A stretch of 64,000 nucleotides of DNA from the human T2T-CHM13v2.0 reference genome, Homo sapiens: assembly GCF_009914755.1 (NCBI RefSeq), contig NC_060926.1; one strand, 5' to 3'. This document shows positions 28,769 to 42,185 of the stretch, piece by piece. How positions within the stretch are numbered: the stretch's first letter is position 1; each line of letters begins with the position of its first letter. The position numbers and the translations under genes were made by a program. A model generated the notes under the pieces. It made no database searches. It was not told the origin of the DNA and saw only the letters and a program-made list of their open reading frames with translations.

Positions 28769-31700
28769 TTTTTTTTTTAAATTTCAACCATTGTTTTAGA
28801 TACAGGTGGTACATGTTCAGGTTTGTTTCATGGGAATATTGCATAATGCTGTGGTTTGGGGTATGAATCCCATTACCCAGGTAGTGAGCATAATACCCGT
28901 TAGGTGGTTTTTTAACCCAACTCCCTTACCCTCTAGTGGTTTGCAGTGCCTGTTGTTCCGTATTTACGTCCTTGTGTGCTCAATGTTTAGCTCCCACTTG
29001 TAAGTAAGAACATGCAGTATTTGGTTTTCTGTACCCATGTTAATTTGCCTAAGATTATGGCTTCCAACTCCATCATGTTGCTGCAAAGGTCATAGTTTCA
29101 TTCTTTTTTATGGCTGCATAGTATTTTATGGTGTGTATGTACCACATTTTCTTTATCCACTCTACCACTGATGGGCACCTGAATTGATTCCCTGTCTTTG
29201 CTATTGTGAATAGTGCTGTGAACATACAAGTACATGTGTCTTTTTGATAGAATGATTCATTTTCCTCTGGGCATTCACCCAGTAATGAGATTGCTGGGTT
29301 GAATGACAGGTCTATTTTAAGTTCCTTGAAAAATCTTCAGACAGCTTTCCACAGTGGCTGAACTAATTTATAGTACTAGTGTCCCTTTTATAAATATAAG
29401 TGTTCCCTTTTAGAAGTATAAGTGTTCTTTTATCTCCACAGCCTTTGTCAGCATCTATTATTTTTTTTTACTTTTTAATAATAGCCATTCTAACTGATGT
29501 GAGACAGTATCTCATTGTGGTTTTGATTTGCATTTCTCTATTGATTAGTGATGCTGAGCATGTGTTCATGTGTTTGTTGGCTGCTTGTATGTCTTCTTTT
29601 GAGAAGTGCTTGTTCATATCCTTTGCCCATTTTTAATGGGATTATTGGTTTTTTGCTTGTTGATTTAAGTTCTCTGTAGACCCTAGATACTAGGTCTTTG
29701 TCTGATGCATAGTTTGCAAATATTTTCTCACATTCTGTAGGTCACCGGTTTGCTTTGTTGATCATTTCTTTTGCTATGCAGAAGCTCTTTAGTTTAGTTA
29801 GATCCCACTTGTCAATTTTTTTTTGTTGTTGTTGCAATTGCTTTTGAAAACTCAGACAAAAATTATTTGTCAAGACTGGTGTTGAGAGAGTATTTCCAAG
29901 GTTATCTTTCAGGATTTTTATAGCTTGAGGTTTTACATTTGACCCATTTTAAGTTAATTTTTTATATGGTGAAAGGTAGGGTTCCAGCTTCAATTTTCTT
30001 CATATGGCTAACCAGTTATCACAGCAGCATTTATTGAATAGACAGTCCTTTCCCTATGTCTTGTTTTTGTTGGCCCTGTTGAAGATCAGATGGTTTTAGA
30101 GGTGCAGCTTTATTTCTGAGTTTTTTATTCTGTTCCATTGGTCTGTGTGTCAATTTTTGTACGAATACCAACCTGCTTTTGTTACTGTGGCTTCCTAGCA
30201 TAGTTTGAAGACAGGTAGTGTGATGCCTCTGACTTTGTTCTTTTTGCTTGGAATTGCTTTGGCTATTTGGGCTCTTTCGTGTTTCTATATTAATTTTAGA
30301 ATAGTTTTTTTTTCTAGTTATATGAAGAATGACCTTGCTAGTTTGATAGGAATAACATTGAATCTGTAAATTGCTTTGGGCAGTATGATCATTTTTACTG
30401 TAATGATTCTTCCAATCCATGAGCATGGAATGTTTTCCCATTTATTAGTGTGGTCTCTGATTTGTTTCAGCAGTGCTTTGTAGTTCTCCTGGTAAAGCCC
30501 TTTTACCTTCTTGGTTAGGATATTTTGTTTTCTTTGTGGCTGTTGTAAGTGGGATTGTGTTCTTGATTTCCCTCTTAGCCAGGATGTTGTTGGTATATAG
30601 AAATACTACTGGATTTTGTATATTGATACATTGATTTTGTATCCTGAAGCTTTACTGAAGTTATTTATTGGCTCTAGGCAGTTTCTAGGATTTCCATTTT
30701 TTTTTTTTTTTTTTTTTTGAGATGGAATCTCACTCTGTTGCCCAGGCTGAAGTGCAGTGGCATGATCTGTACTCTCTGCAACCTCCATCTCCTGAGTTCA
30801 AACAATTCTCCTGCTTCAGCCTCCCAAGTAGCTGAGATTACAGGCATGTGCCACCACTCCTGGCTAATTTTTGTATTTTTAGTAGAAATGGGGTTTTACC
30901 ATGTAGGCCAGGCTGGTCTTGAACTTCCAACCTCAAGTGATCCGCCCACCTCAGCCTCCCAAAGTGCTGGGATTACAGGCATGAGCCACCAGGATTTTCT
31001 AAGTATAGAATTATATCATCAGTGAAGAGACATAGTTGGACTTCTTTGCTTATTTAAATGCCTTTTATTTCTTTCTCTAGCCTGATTGCTCTGGCAAGGA
31101 CTTCCATCACTGTGTTGAATACGAGTGTTGAGAGTGGGCATCCTTGTCTTGCTCCAAGATAAAAGGTAAATAGTTTAAGCTTTTATCCATTCATTATGAT
31201 GTTGGATTTCAATTTGTTATAAATGGTTCTTATTATTATGAAGTACATTGCTTGACACCTAGTCTGTTGGAGTTTTTATCATGAAAGGATGTTGGATTTT
31301 TATCAGAAGCTTTTTCTGCACCTATTGAGATGATCATATAGTTGTGCTTTTAATTCTGTTTATGTGGTGAATCACACTTATTGATTTGCATATACTGAGC
31401 CAGCCTTGCAGTCCAGGAATAAGCCTGTTTGATCACACTGTATTAACTTTTTGTTGTGCTGTTGGATTTGTTTTGCTAATATTTTGATGAGGATTTTTGT
31501 GTCTATGTTCATAAGGGATATTGGCCTTAAGATTTCTTTTTTTGTTGTGTCTTTGCCAGATTCTGGTATCAGGCTAATGCTGGCTAGATAGAATGAATTA
31601 CAGAGGAGACCCTCCTCCTCGATTTCTTTGGAATAGTTTCAGTAGGCTTAGTATCAGTTCTTTGAATATCTGGTAGAATTCAGCCATGAATTCATCTGGT

Positions 31701-32391
31701 CCAGGGGTTTTTTTTTTTTTTTTTGGTTGGTAGGTTCTTTATTATGATTTAATTTCAGAAGCTGATATTGGTCTACTTAGGATTTCAATCTCTTCCTGAT
31801 GCAATTTTGGGAGATTGTACACTTTCAGGAATTTTTCCATTTTCCCTAAATTTTCTAATTTGTGTGCATAGAGTTATTCATGGTAGTCTCTGAGGATCTT
31901 TTGTATTTCTGTGGAATCAGTTGTCATACAATCTTTGTTGATTCTGATTGTGCTTATTTGGATTTTATCTTTCTTTTTCTTTGTTAATCTAGCTAGTGGT
32001 CTATCAATCTTATTTGTTTTTATTGAAGAACTGTTGATTTCATAGACTTTTTTCACTATGGATTTTTTAAATCTCAATTTCATTAAATTCTTTCCTAATT
32101 TTAATTACTTCTTTTCCTCTGCTAGCTTTTAGGTTGGCATTTTACTATAATTCCTTTAGGTAAAAAGTTAGATTGTTAATTTAAAATCCTTACAACTTCT
32201 TGATAAAGGCATTTTAGTGCTATAAACTTTCCTTTTAACACTGCTTTGGTTGTATCTTAGAGACTTTAGTAAATTGTGTTCCTATTTTCATTAATTTAAT
32301 TTTTTTATTTCTGCCTTAATTTTGATGTTCACTCAAGAGTTATTCCAGAGTAGGTTGTTTAATTTTCATGTATTTGTGTAGTTTTGAGATA
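28769..32391 (-). mobile_element. L1PA15/16-like 3' UTR plus most of ORF2
   Basis: 'ttttagatacaggtggtacatg...ttacccaggtagtgagcata'; antisense ORF2 (ORF 31874-32083 '[19 protein letters not shown]'). Confidence 0.92.
30697..30990 (-). mobile_element. AluSx/Sz-like
   Basis: T tail; 'acctcaagtgatccgccc'; about 10 nt 5'-truncated; TSD-like aggattt. Confidence 0.94.
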
Positions 32392-32393
32392 TT

Positions 32394-33262
32394 ACACCAA
32401 ACTTGCTTCATAAGCAAATTAGAAATGAAATCATTCTTAGACAAGCAAATGCTTATAAGAAATCCTTAAGGGAGTGCCAAACATGAATTTAAAAGAATAG
32501 CACTTGCTTTCGAAAAGCACACTTAAGCACATATCCACAACACAATAAAAGGATCAAAATCACACATATTAATACTAATCTTAAATGTAAATGGGTTAAA
32601 AACCCCATTTAAAAGACACAGAGTGGCAGCCTGGATTAAAAAAAAAACAAGACCCAACCATCTGTCATCGTCAAGAGACCCAACTCACATGTATCCATAC
32701 CCAGAGGCTCAAAATAAAAGGATGGAGTAAGATTTACCATACAAACAGAAAACAAACAAGAGCAAGAATAACTATTCTTATATCAGATAAAACAGACTTT
32801 AAACCAGTAAACATAATGAAGGGCATTACACAATGATAAAGTATACAATCAAACAAGAAGCCTTAACTATCCTAAATATATACGCACCAAACATTGGAAA
32901 CTCATATCATAAAATAAGTTCTTTTTGGTCTACAAAAAGACGTAGACCACCACACAATAATAGTGGGAGACTTCAACACCCCACTGACAGCATTAGACAG
33001 ATCTCGAGGTAGAAAACTAACAAAGAAACTCTGAACTTAAACTTGACACTTGACCAATTGGACCTAATAGACATCTACATAACACCTCACCCAACAACCA
33101 CAAAATATACATTCTTCTCATGAAACATATTCTAAGATCAATCACGTGCTTGGTCGTAAAGGAAGCCTCAATAAATTTTTTTAAAAAATGGAAATCATGC
33201 AAAGCATGCTCTCAGATCACAGTGTAATAAAAATAGAAATCAATACCAAGAAGATCTTTCAA
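32394..33262 (+). mobile_element. Inverted 5' segment of the same L1 (end of ORF1 to ORF2 endonuclease)
   Basis: 'ggatcaaaatcacacatatt', 'aaatatatacgcaccaaac', 'ggagacttcaacacccc'; ends 'aagaagatctttcaa'. Confidence 0.9.
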
Positions 33263-33375
33263 TAAATATTTACTGAGCTCTAACTATATACCAGGCAGTG
33301 TTTCAGCTCTCAGGGATGCAGTAGTTAACAGAACAGACAGAAATCTTTGCCATCATGGAACGTTCACTGTAGAGA
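33263..33375 (-). mobile_element. L2 3' end fragment
   Basis: 'taaatatttactgagc...ccaggcagtgttt...gggatgcagtagttaaca'. Confidence 0.7.
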
Positions 33376-33385
33376 AGTAAAATAA

Positions 33386-33990
33386 GTAGTGGTTAAAAGA
33401 CTTGATGCAAATCCTGGCTCTGCTACTCACTGGGTGAGGGGCACATTTCTGAACCTCTCTGTTCTTCAGTTTTCTCATTTTTAAACTGAGAATGATACTA
33501 CCTGTGTTCGCATATTCTTGCATTGCTACAATGAAATAGCTGAGACTGGGTAATTTATAAGAAAAAGAGGTTTAGTTGATTCATGGTTCTGCAGGCTTTA
33601 TAAGCTGTATGGTGCTAGAATCTGCTCAGCTTCTAGGGAGCCCTCAGGAAGCTTACAATTATGGCAGAAAGCAAAAGGGGAGCAGATAAATGATGTGGTG
33701 AAAGTAGAAGCAAGCAAGAGAGTAGGTGGGAGGTGCCACACACTTTTAAACAAGCAGATCTCACAAGATCTCGCTCACTATTGCAAAGACAGCACCAAGC
33801 CATAAGGAATCTGCTGCCATGATGCAAGCATCATCCACCAGGCCCCACCTCCATCACTGGGCTTACAATTTGATATGAGATTCAAACAGGGACAAATATT
33901 CAAACTATATCAGTACCTGTCTAATAGTGTTGCCATAGAAGTGTATATATCACATAGTAAGAGCTGCAGTCATCATCATCATCATCATCG
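33386..33990 (+). mobile_element. MIR split by an MST LTR
   Basis: 'gtagtggttaa', 'aaatcctggctctgctactcact', 'aacctctctg...cagttttctcat'; resumes 'cacatagtaagagct'. Confidence 0.75.
33503..33912 (-). mobile_element. MSTA/MSTB MaLR solo LTR
   Basis: TG...CA ends; 'tgagactgggtaatttataag', 'caaactatatca'; 5-bp TSD (c/g)tacc. Confidence 0.92.
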
Positions 33991-34159
33991 AGTAATTCTT
34001 CAATCTGATCTTTATCTCCTCTTACCCTAAGATCCATACCTACAGTGATTCCTCTCTTAATCCAACTCCACCAAGAAATTCTCTTGAACCAGACTGATGA
34101 AGCTGAGCATGAGAGTTTTATTTACTTACCTATTAAGTGTACAAGAAACTGTGTTGGAT

Positions 34160-34425
34160 GCTGACTTCATCAGAAGCAGATGCTGAATTGGAGTTTGTGG
34201 TACAACATGTTCATTAGAAGAAGGAAGCAAGACTGGGTAGAAGGAGATGTTGAGCTGTAACTCAGGCACAGCAAATTCTCAATCAACCCACAGGGCTCTC
34301 TGAAAATAGCATTGTCCACTAAAATGCCCTATTTGGGGCCACAATGGCTTGGTCTTTATACTCCTACGGCTATCATTTCCTAGGAATCTGGAGGATCTGG
34401 TCAGGGTGTTTCTTGTGTCTACCAA
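34160..34425 (-). mobile_element. LTR16-like ERVL LTR fragment
   Basis: 'cagaagcagatgctga...ggaagcaagactgggtagaaggagatgttgagctg...tcaacccacagggctctctg'. Confidence 0.6.
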
Positions 34426-34816
34426 AGACTGAGTAATGTCTGAATAAAAAAATAAGCCTAATCCTAAGTCATGGAAAACTTTCAGTTTAGCTAATGAGAG
34501 GAATCTGCATAAATAATGTTAATAGAATATGTTCAAGCAAAATCACTAAGTGTTTTGAGAGTTCATTTAATAGAAAGATTACTTCTGGCTGAGATAAGAA
34601 CATAAAATAATATCCATTGAGTGCATTGAGTGTGTAAGGGACCATGCTGGATGTTGAGTTCACCAGAAGCTTAATTCTTAAGGCTAAGAAAATATTAAAA
34701 GACAGATTGAACAAGAAATTAATAAACTCTTGCATGATCAGTATATTAGTAGTTCTCATTTAATTAAATTTTATGTCTTCGATTAAGTTGGCATGAGAAT
34801 ATCTGAGAGTCTATAT

Positions 34817-35126
34817 CATTGCAACTCAAAGTATGTTCCACAGACTATGATGATCTGCAAACTGTTACCAGCCTGTAAGTAGATAAGTATAGAGAGGAAA
34901 AGTAAGCATTTAGAAAAGTTCTTTTAGCAATTTGACAGAGCAATTTTCTGCCTATTAACTCAAAGAATAAAATTGAGAGCTTGCATTTTGCACATCTGTA
35001 TTTTTTCTACTTTTTTGGTAATACATTTTTATTGTGTTTTGCAAAAGTATTTGTCTGTAATGCATTGCATTTTTTTTCTCAGAAAACATACATGTTCCTT
35101 CACTATAGAATGTTGAAGAAGCACTG
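34817..35126 (+). mobile_element. hAT-Charlie MITE
   Basis: Termini 'cattgcaactcaaa' and 'ttgaagaagcactg'; 8-bp TSD gtctatat/gtcaacat. Confidence 0.75.
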
Positions 35127-36039
35127 GTCAACATTAAATATGACTTATTTTATTAAAAGCATTCTTAAATTTAAAAAAACTCTTTAAATTTTAATTTTTT
35201 TCATGCTTGTAATTATAAAGTTGGATATAAGAATTATCTCATTTAAAGAATAAACTACAAATTGCCTAAAGAATTATTTTATATGAGTCCAATTTTTTAC
35301 TTTCTTTTAGTTATAGGAGATATTGACACACATGTAAAATTAACAAAATGAAATAAAACCAAATAAGAATGATAAAAGTCCTTAAAATAGCATTAGTAGA
35401 GAAATAATTTTTTGATAAAATAAGAATAATCCTCAAAATAAGTTATCAAGCATGAACACAAAAATATCATGACTTTTGAAAAATTTTAACAGAATCTTCA
35501 AGCTATTAAAGAAAAGCATTGAGGATTAACAGGCCAACATGCACTGAGCTGAAAACATCCTCTTTCCACAAAAATATCTTCTCAAAATATTTTACAATAG
35601 ACCACTCTGCCACTGAGACCTGTTTCTCTTGCTCTTATGGAAACTTCAGCCATCATAAATTATTTTTATTTGTCTAATATGGGCTAAAGGAAGAAAGGAA
35701 CTCAAACATTTAATACCTCAAACATAGAGGTATTAAATTAAAATTCAGCACGCAGACAACATTAAATGAGACAGTGGGAGTACATAAGTAGAAAAAGGTC
35801 CTGAAATATTTTGAAAGAAAATATTTGGATTGGTAATATAACAGTTAAAATCCCTGATTTATAATTTCTAAAACAAGGCATTTGAAAAATAATGATGATG
35901 AAAGCAAAGTTCTTTTTAAAGGAATAAAGATGGTCTTGGACATTTTAAAGAAAGCCTAATGCAGTCAAATCAGATTTTACGGAATCAATACATTATTTGT
36001 GCTACAAATGATTCCTATTGGTCTAAAAAGAATCATCAC

Positions 36040-36546
36040 AGTTGTGTGTTTCTTGCTGGCTTTTTTGTTTTGTTTTTAAGAAAACAGTGGCTTCAAAGTA
36101 AGGGGTTTATTTTAAACATGTCACAACCCTCCGGGAGATAAACAGTGGGTATGGACACTGGACGAATTCAAGGATGTGAGCTCTTGCTGTCTTTATGTTC
36201 AACCAGCCTCAAAGGACAGCTCTCATCTTCATAGTCTCAAAATCTAGGTATTTTGTCTGAGTTCCAGTTTTGAAGACAGGAGCTGAGAAGGGATCAAAGG
36301 CTCATTTCAGCTGAATCAGTTCCTTTTTATCAGAAAAACACCAAATTTCCTGGCAGCTCCACCAAGTAGACTTGTATTTGTATCTAATTGTCCAGAACTA
36401 TCCTATAACCATATCCACTAAGGACCCTAGAAAATTGAGAATCTTTTTTTCTTTTAAAGCTGGGCACATTTTTCCACCAAACAAAATTGGGGTACTGTTA
36501 ATGAAGAAGAAGAGATACTGCTTAGGAGATTAGCAGTGCCTGCACA
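36040..36546 (-). mobile_element. MLT1K-like LTR
   Basis: 'tatctaattgtccagaact', 'agctgggcacatt', 'acaaaattggggtactgtta'. Confidence 0.7.
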
Positions 36547-36552
36547 TGCAGA

Positions 36553-36695
36553 TATTACTATCCCTATTTTCATATGAGGAGAATGAGATTTCAGGAGGTT
36601 AAATAATTTGTCAATGTCACATTGCTAATAGGTGGATATCAGAGAATGAAGCCAGTCCTGTCTGGGGTCTCAAAACTGGTATGTTTTCCCTTCAG
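36553..36695 (-). mobile_element. MIR
   Basis: 'attactatccctattttcatatgaggagaatgag...ggttaaataatttgtcaatgtcaca'. Confidence 0.8.
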
Positions 36696-37527
36696 AAGAC
36701 AGCCTCTGTGGGTGGAGAACAGAGGTAACCAGGAAACATCATTTAAACATAGCTATCTTATAAAAGACCTACAGAATTTAGACAGGGAATGTCTGTAGAT
36801 TCTGCTCATAAAAGGAAAGGAGAGTAAAGGTCTAAAGTGCTTGTTTATGCAATGTATGCAGCCAACAAAATAAGCTGTAAGCTGGCAAACAAGCATCATT
36901 TGTCTTTGCCTCTATTAGAATAAACGTTTGGGTTGCAAGGAGAATAGCCACTTCTAAAAGTCTTCTGGTCCCTCTGACATTTTTATTAAGATGCCTTTCT
37001 CTAATCCCTTTATGTCATTCCTCTTTTCTCCTCTCCTGTTTTTCTCATCTCCCTCTCCAGATGCACCCCCGCCCCAAGCCCACCACCAGTTTCCCCACTG
37101 CCCCCCAACATGCACATTTTTCAGTACATCTTCTGTTCTGGAAATTTTCCAGACAAATCTCTCCTCACAGAGTCCAAGAGAAAATGAAGAGAAGATGCAA
37201 AAATGACCCTCCGTCCTAGCTGCAGGAAAGCTTTGTGTTGCTAGGAAACCAGTGGTAGGTGCTAACCATCCCTCACTAAATGAGGGCAGCTCCCAGCGGA
37301 ATAATCCTTTATGTGGAAGAACCTAGACCATAATTTCACTTCCTACCTCCAACTGGCTCTGTCCACATGTATGCTTTTATTCTCCAATAACAAGCAGTAG
37401 AAATGATTAAAAATAATTTTAGGGATGTGCAATTGCACGTATAAGGAAGGTCAGAGAAGTTGTGTAACATAACATAGAGCTATAAGGTTGAAAGATGACT
37501 TATCCTTCAAATGTTTAGACCATTGTT

Positions 37528-37582
37528 GAGAGAAAGAGGAGAGAAAGGAGAGAAAAGAGAAGAGAGAGAGACAGAGAGAGGG
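37528..37582. repeat. GA-rich microsatellite
   Basis: gagagaaagaggagagaaaggagagaaaagagaagagagagagacagagagaggg. Confidence 0.85.
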
Positions 37583-38425
37583 ACTGGATTTTGTTCTGCA
37601 TGGGAACAAACTAGAAAAATATTTAAATTAGATTTGGATTAAATATACGAATGAAAGACTCCTGCTGGAAGTTTTTACATCAACAGAGATAGACAGACAG
37701 ATAGATAGCGGGAGTTAAATATGATGTCTTCTGTTTATAACATATTGCTTCATCATTCACAAGCCATGTCTGCTGAATTGATTTTTTGATTTTCTTAATA
37801 GTGTTTTTGTCACAGACATATGTTGCAGGTTGTTTATTCACATCTTGCCTGAAGGTAGCTAAACTTAGAGATCTAGGATTGTATCATTTGAGGGTGAAGG
37901 AAGTGATACTAAAAAAATCATACAACACTTTACAGAGGAGTGATTTAGTTATTCATTGAACCAATATTTGCATGCCACTTACATACCAGCCTCATTCTAG
38001 ATATTGTAACAAAAAGGTCTGACCTCATGGAACTTATATTCTGGTGGAAGAGATGCTTAATAAACAATATAAGTAAGAAAAGTGTATATGCTGGATAATA
38101 CCATGCTAATTAAGGGGGTACAATACTATTAAGGAAGAGAAATAGGAAATGCAGGGCCAGATGCTGGCCACACCTGAGGCATTCAGATGTTTGGAAGAAG
38201 AAACGTCCAGGTAGAGTGAAAAGCAGATGAGAGGCTCTGTAGCAGGAGTGCCCCTGATATGGGCAAAAAGGTCAATGAGCTGGAGTAGTGAGAATGAAGA
38301 GGAGTCTGGTGGGAATGCAATGAGAAAGCTCACAGGGCAGAGGGGGCAGATACGAGAAGAGAAAAGATCCTGGAAAGCCTTGTAGTTCATAAAAAGGATT
38401 TTTGCTTTCCTCTGTGAGAAGTAGT

Positions 38426-39148
<723 letters not shown>

Positions 39149-40218
39149 TAACAAGATGACTCCAGCTGCCATGGGATGGTTTATAAGAGGGAGTGGTAAA
39201 TGGAGAGGGAAAGATGCTTAGTAGGAATCTATTGTACTGGTTCAGGTGGAAAATAACGGTGGTTAGGCAAAGGTTATGGTAGTAGCAGTGATGAGAAGTG
39301 GTCCAATTCCAGATACGTTGCAGAGAGTGAAAGTAAGGTGAGAGAGAGAGGGAAGAGACACAGGTTTTTGACCTGAGGAAGTGAACTAGAAAGATGGAGT
39401 TGCCATTGACTGAGATGTGAACATCTGAGAGACGGGAATGATCAGAAACCCATTTTTATTAGAGATGCCTACTATACATGCAAAGGTTATTAAGCAGGCA
39501 AGTGAACATATGCATCTGGAGTTCAGGAGAAAGGACTGAGCTTGTCATGTGTATTTTAGAGTCATCAGCACATAGATTATTTTAGTTGCAAGACTGGGAT
39601 AAGGCTCCCAAGGAAATGAGTATGTACAGAAGAAAAAAGAAATGTGTAAGTATGGTACTTAGTGAAAAAAGAACACCAATTCTAGAAATAACTTCTAGGT
39701 CAATTTATGCTGATCAACTTCATCTAAGAAAAAGCAGACTAATGCTGTGCAGAAGAATACTTTGGTAAATCCTTTTTTAATATTCAGGAACCTAAAAGGA
39801 GGCTGTATGGTGACAGTGAACTCAGAGCAATGGGTTTTCATTTGTGAATTAGGACTGGCCTAAAAAGAAGTTATGCAAAGATGTTTATAGACAAGAAGAA
39901 TGAAAGTGGTTTCTGTATATAAAGAGCATCCATTACTGACTGGAAGAGAAAGCATTTATTAAATTATAATCGGGCATTTTGGCACCTGAATAAGTGCTGC
40001 CAGCCGCCTTGCCCACATGCTTGTTACACAGCAAGGTGGTGAGAAAGACCAGCAGGCTTTTTCCTAGTGCTACCTCTGGAGGGGAACAGGTGATGTCTCA
40101 CTCTGACTTGGTTCTATTTGCACATGTACTTACCTCCCTTTTTTTTTTCCCTCTGGTAAAGGATCCAAGTGGTCATTAGATTACATAACATGAATATGTG
40201 TATATATATTTGCAAGTC

Positions 40219-40625
40219 TGTATTTTCAGGATAAACTAACTGCTGTAACAACCTTATCACTCTGGTGGCTGAACACAGTAAAGAGTTTATTTCTTAATCC
40301 TGTTACAATCCAATTGGACATGTGGTGAGTGGTCTTCCACGTAGTGGTTCTGATATCTAACTCCACTATTTTCTAGGTACTCACAGTTTTCCACTAAGCC
40401 ATCTGCATCCAGGCAGGAATGAGAGAAGAGAGTGAGTGTGGAACATTTCGTAGGAGTTTTTAAGGTATTAGACCTGGAAGTGACATTCACTTCCATTCAT
40501 ATTTCTTGGGTCTAAACTCAGTCTATGGTTTCACCTAACTTCAAGGTCAGCTGGGAGAAGCTGTCCAGCTATGTGTAGGGAGAAGAAGAATGGGTAGGGT
40601 CACCATTTGACCATTCTCTGCCACT
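40219..40625 (-). mobile_element. MLT1J-like LTR
   Basis: 'tgctgtaacaa', 'gtttatttct', 'cctggaagtgacattcacttcc', 'aactcagtc', 'tctctgccac'. Confidence 0.8.
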
Positions 40626-41629
40626 GTGTGAAGTCTGCCATATTATCCACAATCTTACCCAGGTCTTGGGTAGATTTACCTATGTAAACTTACAAATTCA
40701 ACCTAGATTTATGACAAAAGAGCCTCAGACAGATGGCTCATTGAATTTGAGGTTATTCATTTCCATTTCCACCAGCCATGAGACTGAGATGATTTCTCTT
40801 TAGAACATATCTTGGAACTGGCCCAGAACCTTTATCAACTAATTATTATAAGATAATTAAAGTTATTGGGATGACCAGACACGGTTCTGAGCATTGAATA
40901 TCTAAAAATGGGTAAGAAGTAGTTCCTTCTTCAATGAGCCTATTGTTGCATAGGAGTAATAAGCATACAGAACAATATTACAGGTATCAGAAGTTATGAA
41001 AATTAATTATAATTGGCATTCCGGAGTTTGGGGCACAGTCCTGGAAAATATCAAATAGGAGATGGTGCATAACATGAAAGTTAGAAGATGAGAGAGAATT
41101 ATCCAGGTAGAGAAGAAAAAGAAGAGAATTACAGAAGAGGAAGTTATAGAAACCATCAGAGCTGAGCTTGGAAGGAAAATGGACATTTTTCCAAAAGTCA
41201 AGAGGAACCATAAAGAAATGAGCAAGAGTGACAAGATTCAATTTATATCACAGAAAGATCACGTAGGCAAAGATAGGCTATAGATTGGACCTGGGAGGAA
41301 CAGCAGAAAGGCAAGCAATTAGGAAGCTCTGGAAATCACACATAAAGGATGGAGAGAAGATAGGCATTCTACCTGAAACATAAAATCAATAGGCCTTGAT
41401 AACTTTGAAGGGAGGGAGGCAGGGAAGGAAAAGAAATGTAAAAACGAACGCATTTACCTTTTTATCCCTAATCCTTGGCATGGTGCCTGGAACATAGCAA
41501 GTGTTGCTTTGTTGCTTCTGCCCAAGGGAAGTGGTTTCAGAAGATTGAGAAGATTTTTAGATATAAAACAATTTTCTTTCTCAAAAGCTCTCTAATCTTG
41601 GACATTTGGTTAAGAAGGATTAAAACCCT

Positions 41630-42185
41630 TTCATTATAACACACTTTGTTGTTGAGGCTATGGGGAAATGGGCACTCTCGTACATCACCAGTGGGAGAGT
41701 AAATGGGTACAAGTCCAGTTGAAGGTGATTTGACAATATCTATTGAGATTACATACACATATACCTTTGAGCCCAGTGAGAATATTTCTGGGAAGATTTT
41801 CTACAGATATATTTGCATATGTTCGAAATGACTTCTGAAATTATTCTTTATTGTATATTTGTTTTTAACAGCAAAGATTAAAATAACTCAGCTGTCCCTA
41901 AATAGAAAACTGAGTATATAATTTATGCATATCCATAAAGTGGAATTCTGTGTAGATGTAAAAATATAAAAAGAATAAATATATTTCTGTGTATTGATAA
42001 AGATCTTCAAGACGTGTAAAGAAAGTAAAATGGGAACAGTTCATTTAATATGCTACTTTTTGAGAAAAGAGGGTATCATAATTTATGTTTTGTTTTTCTT
42101 AAACATGCATAAAAATTCTTGAATGATACAAAACAAGAAAGATTTTTAAGCCATATGGATGTATTACCTATTCAAAAAATCAAAT
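41630..42185 (+). mobile_element. L1ME 3' region
   Basis: 'tggggaaatgggcactctcgtacat', 'tttgacaatatct', 'catatacctttga'. Confidence 0.75.
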
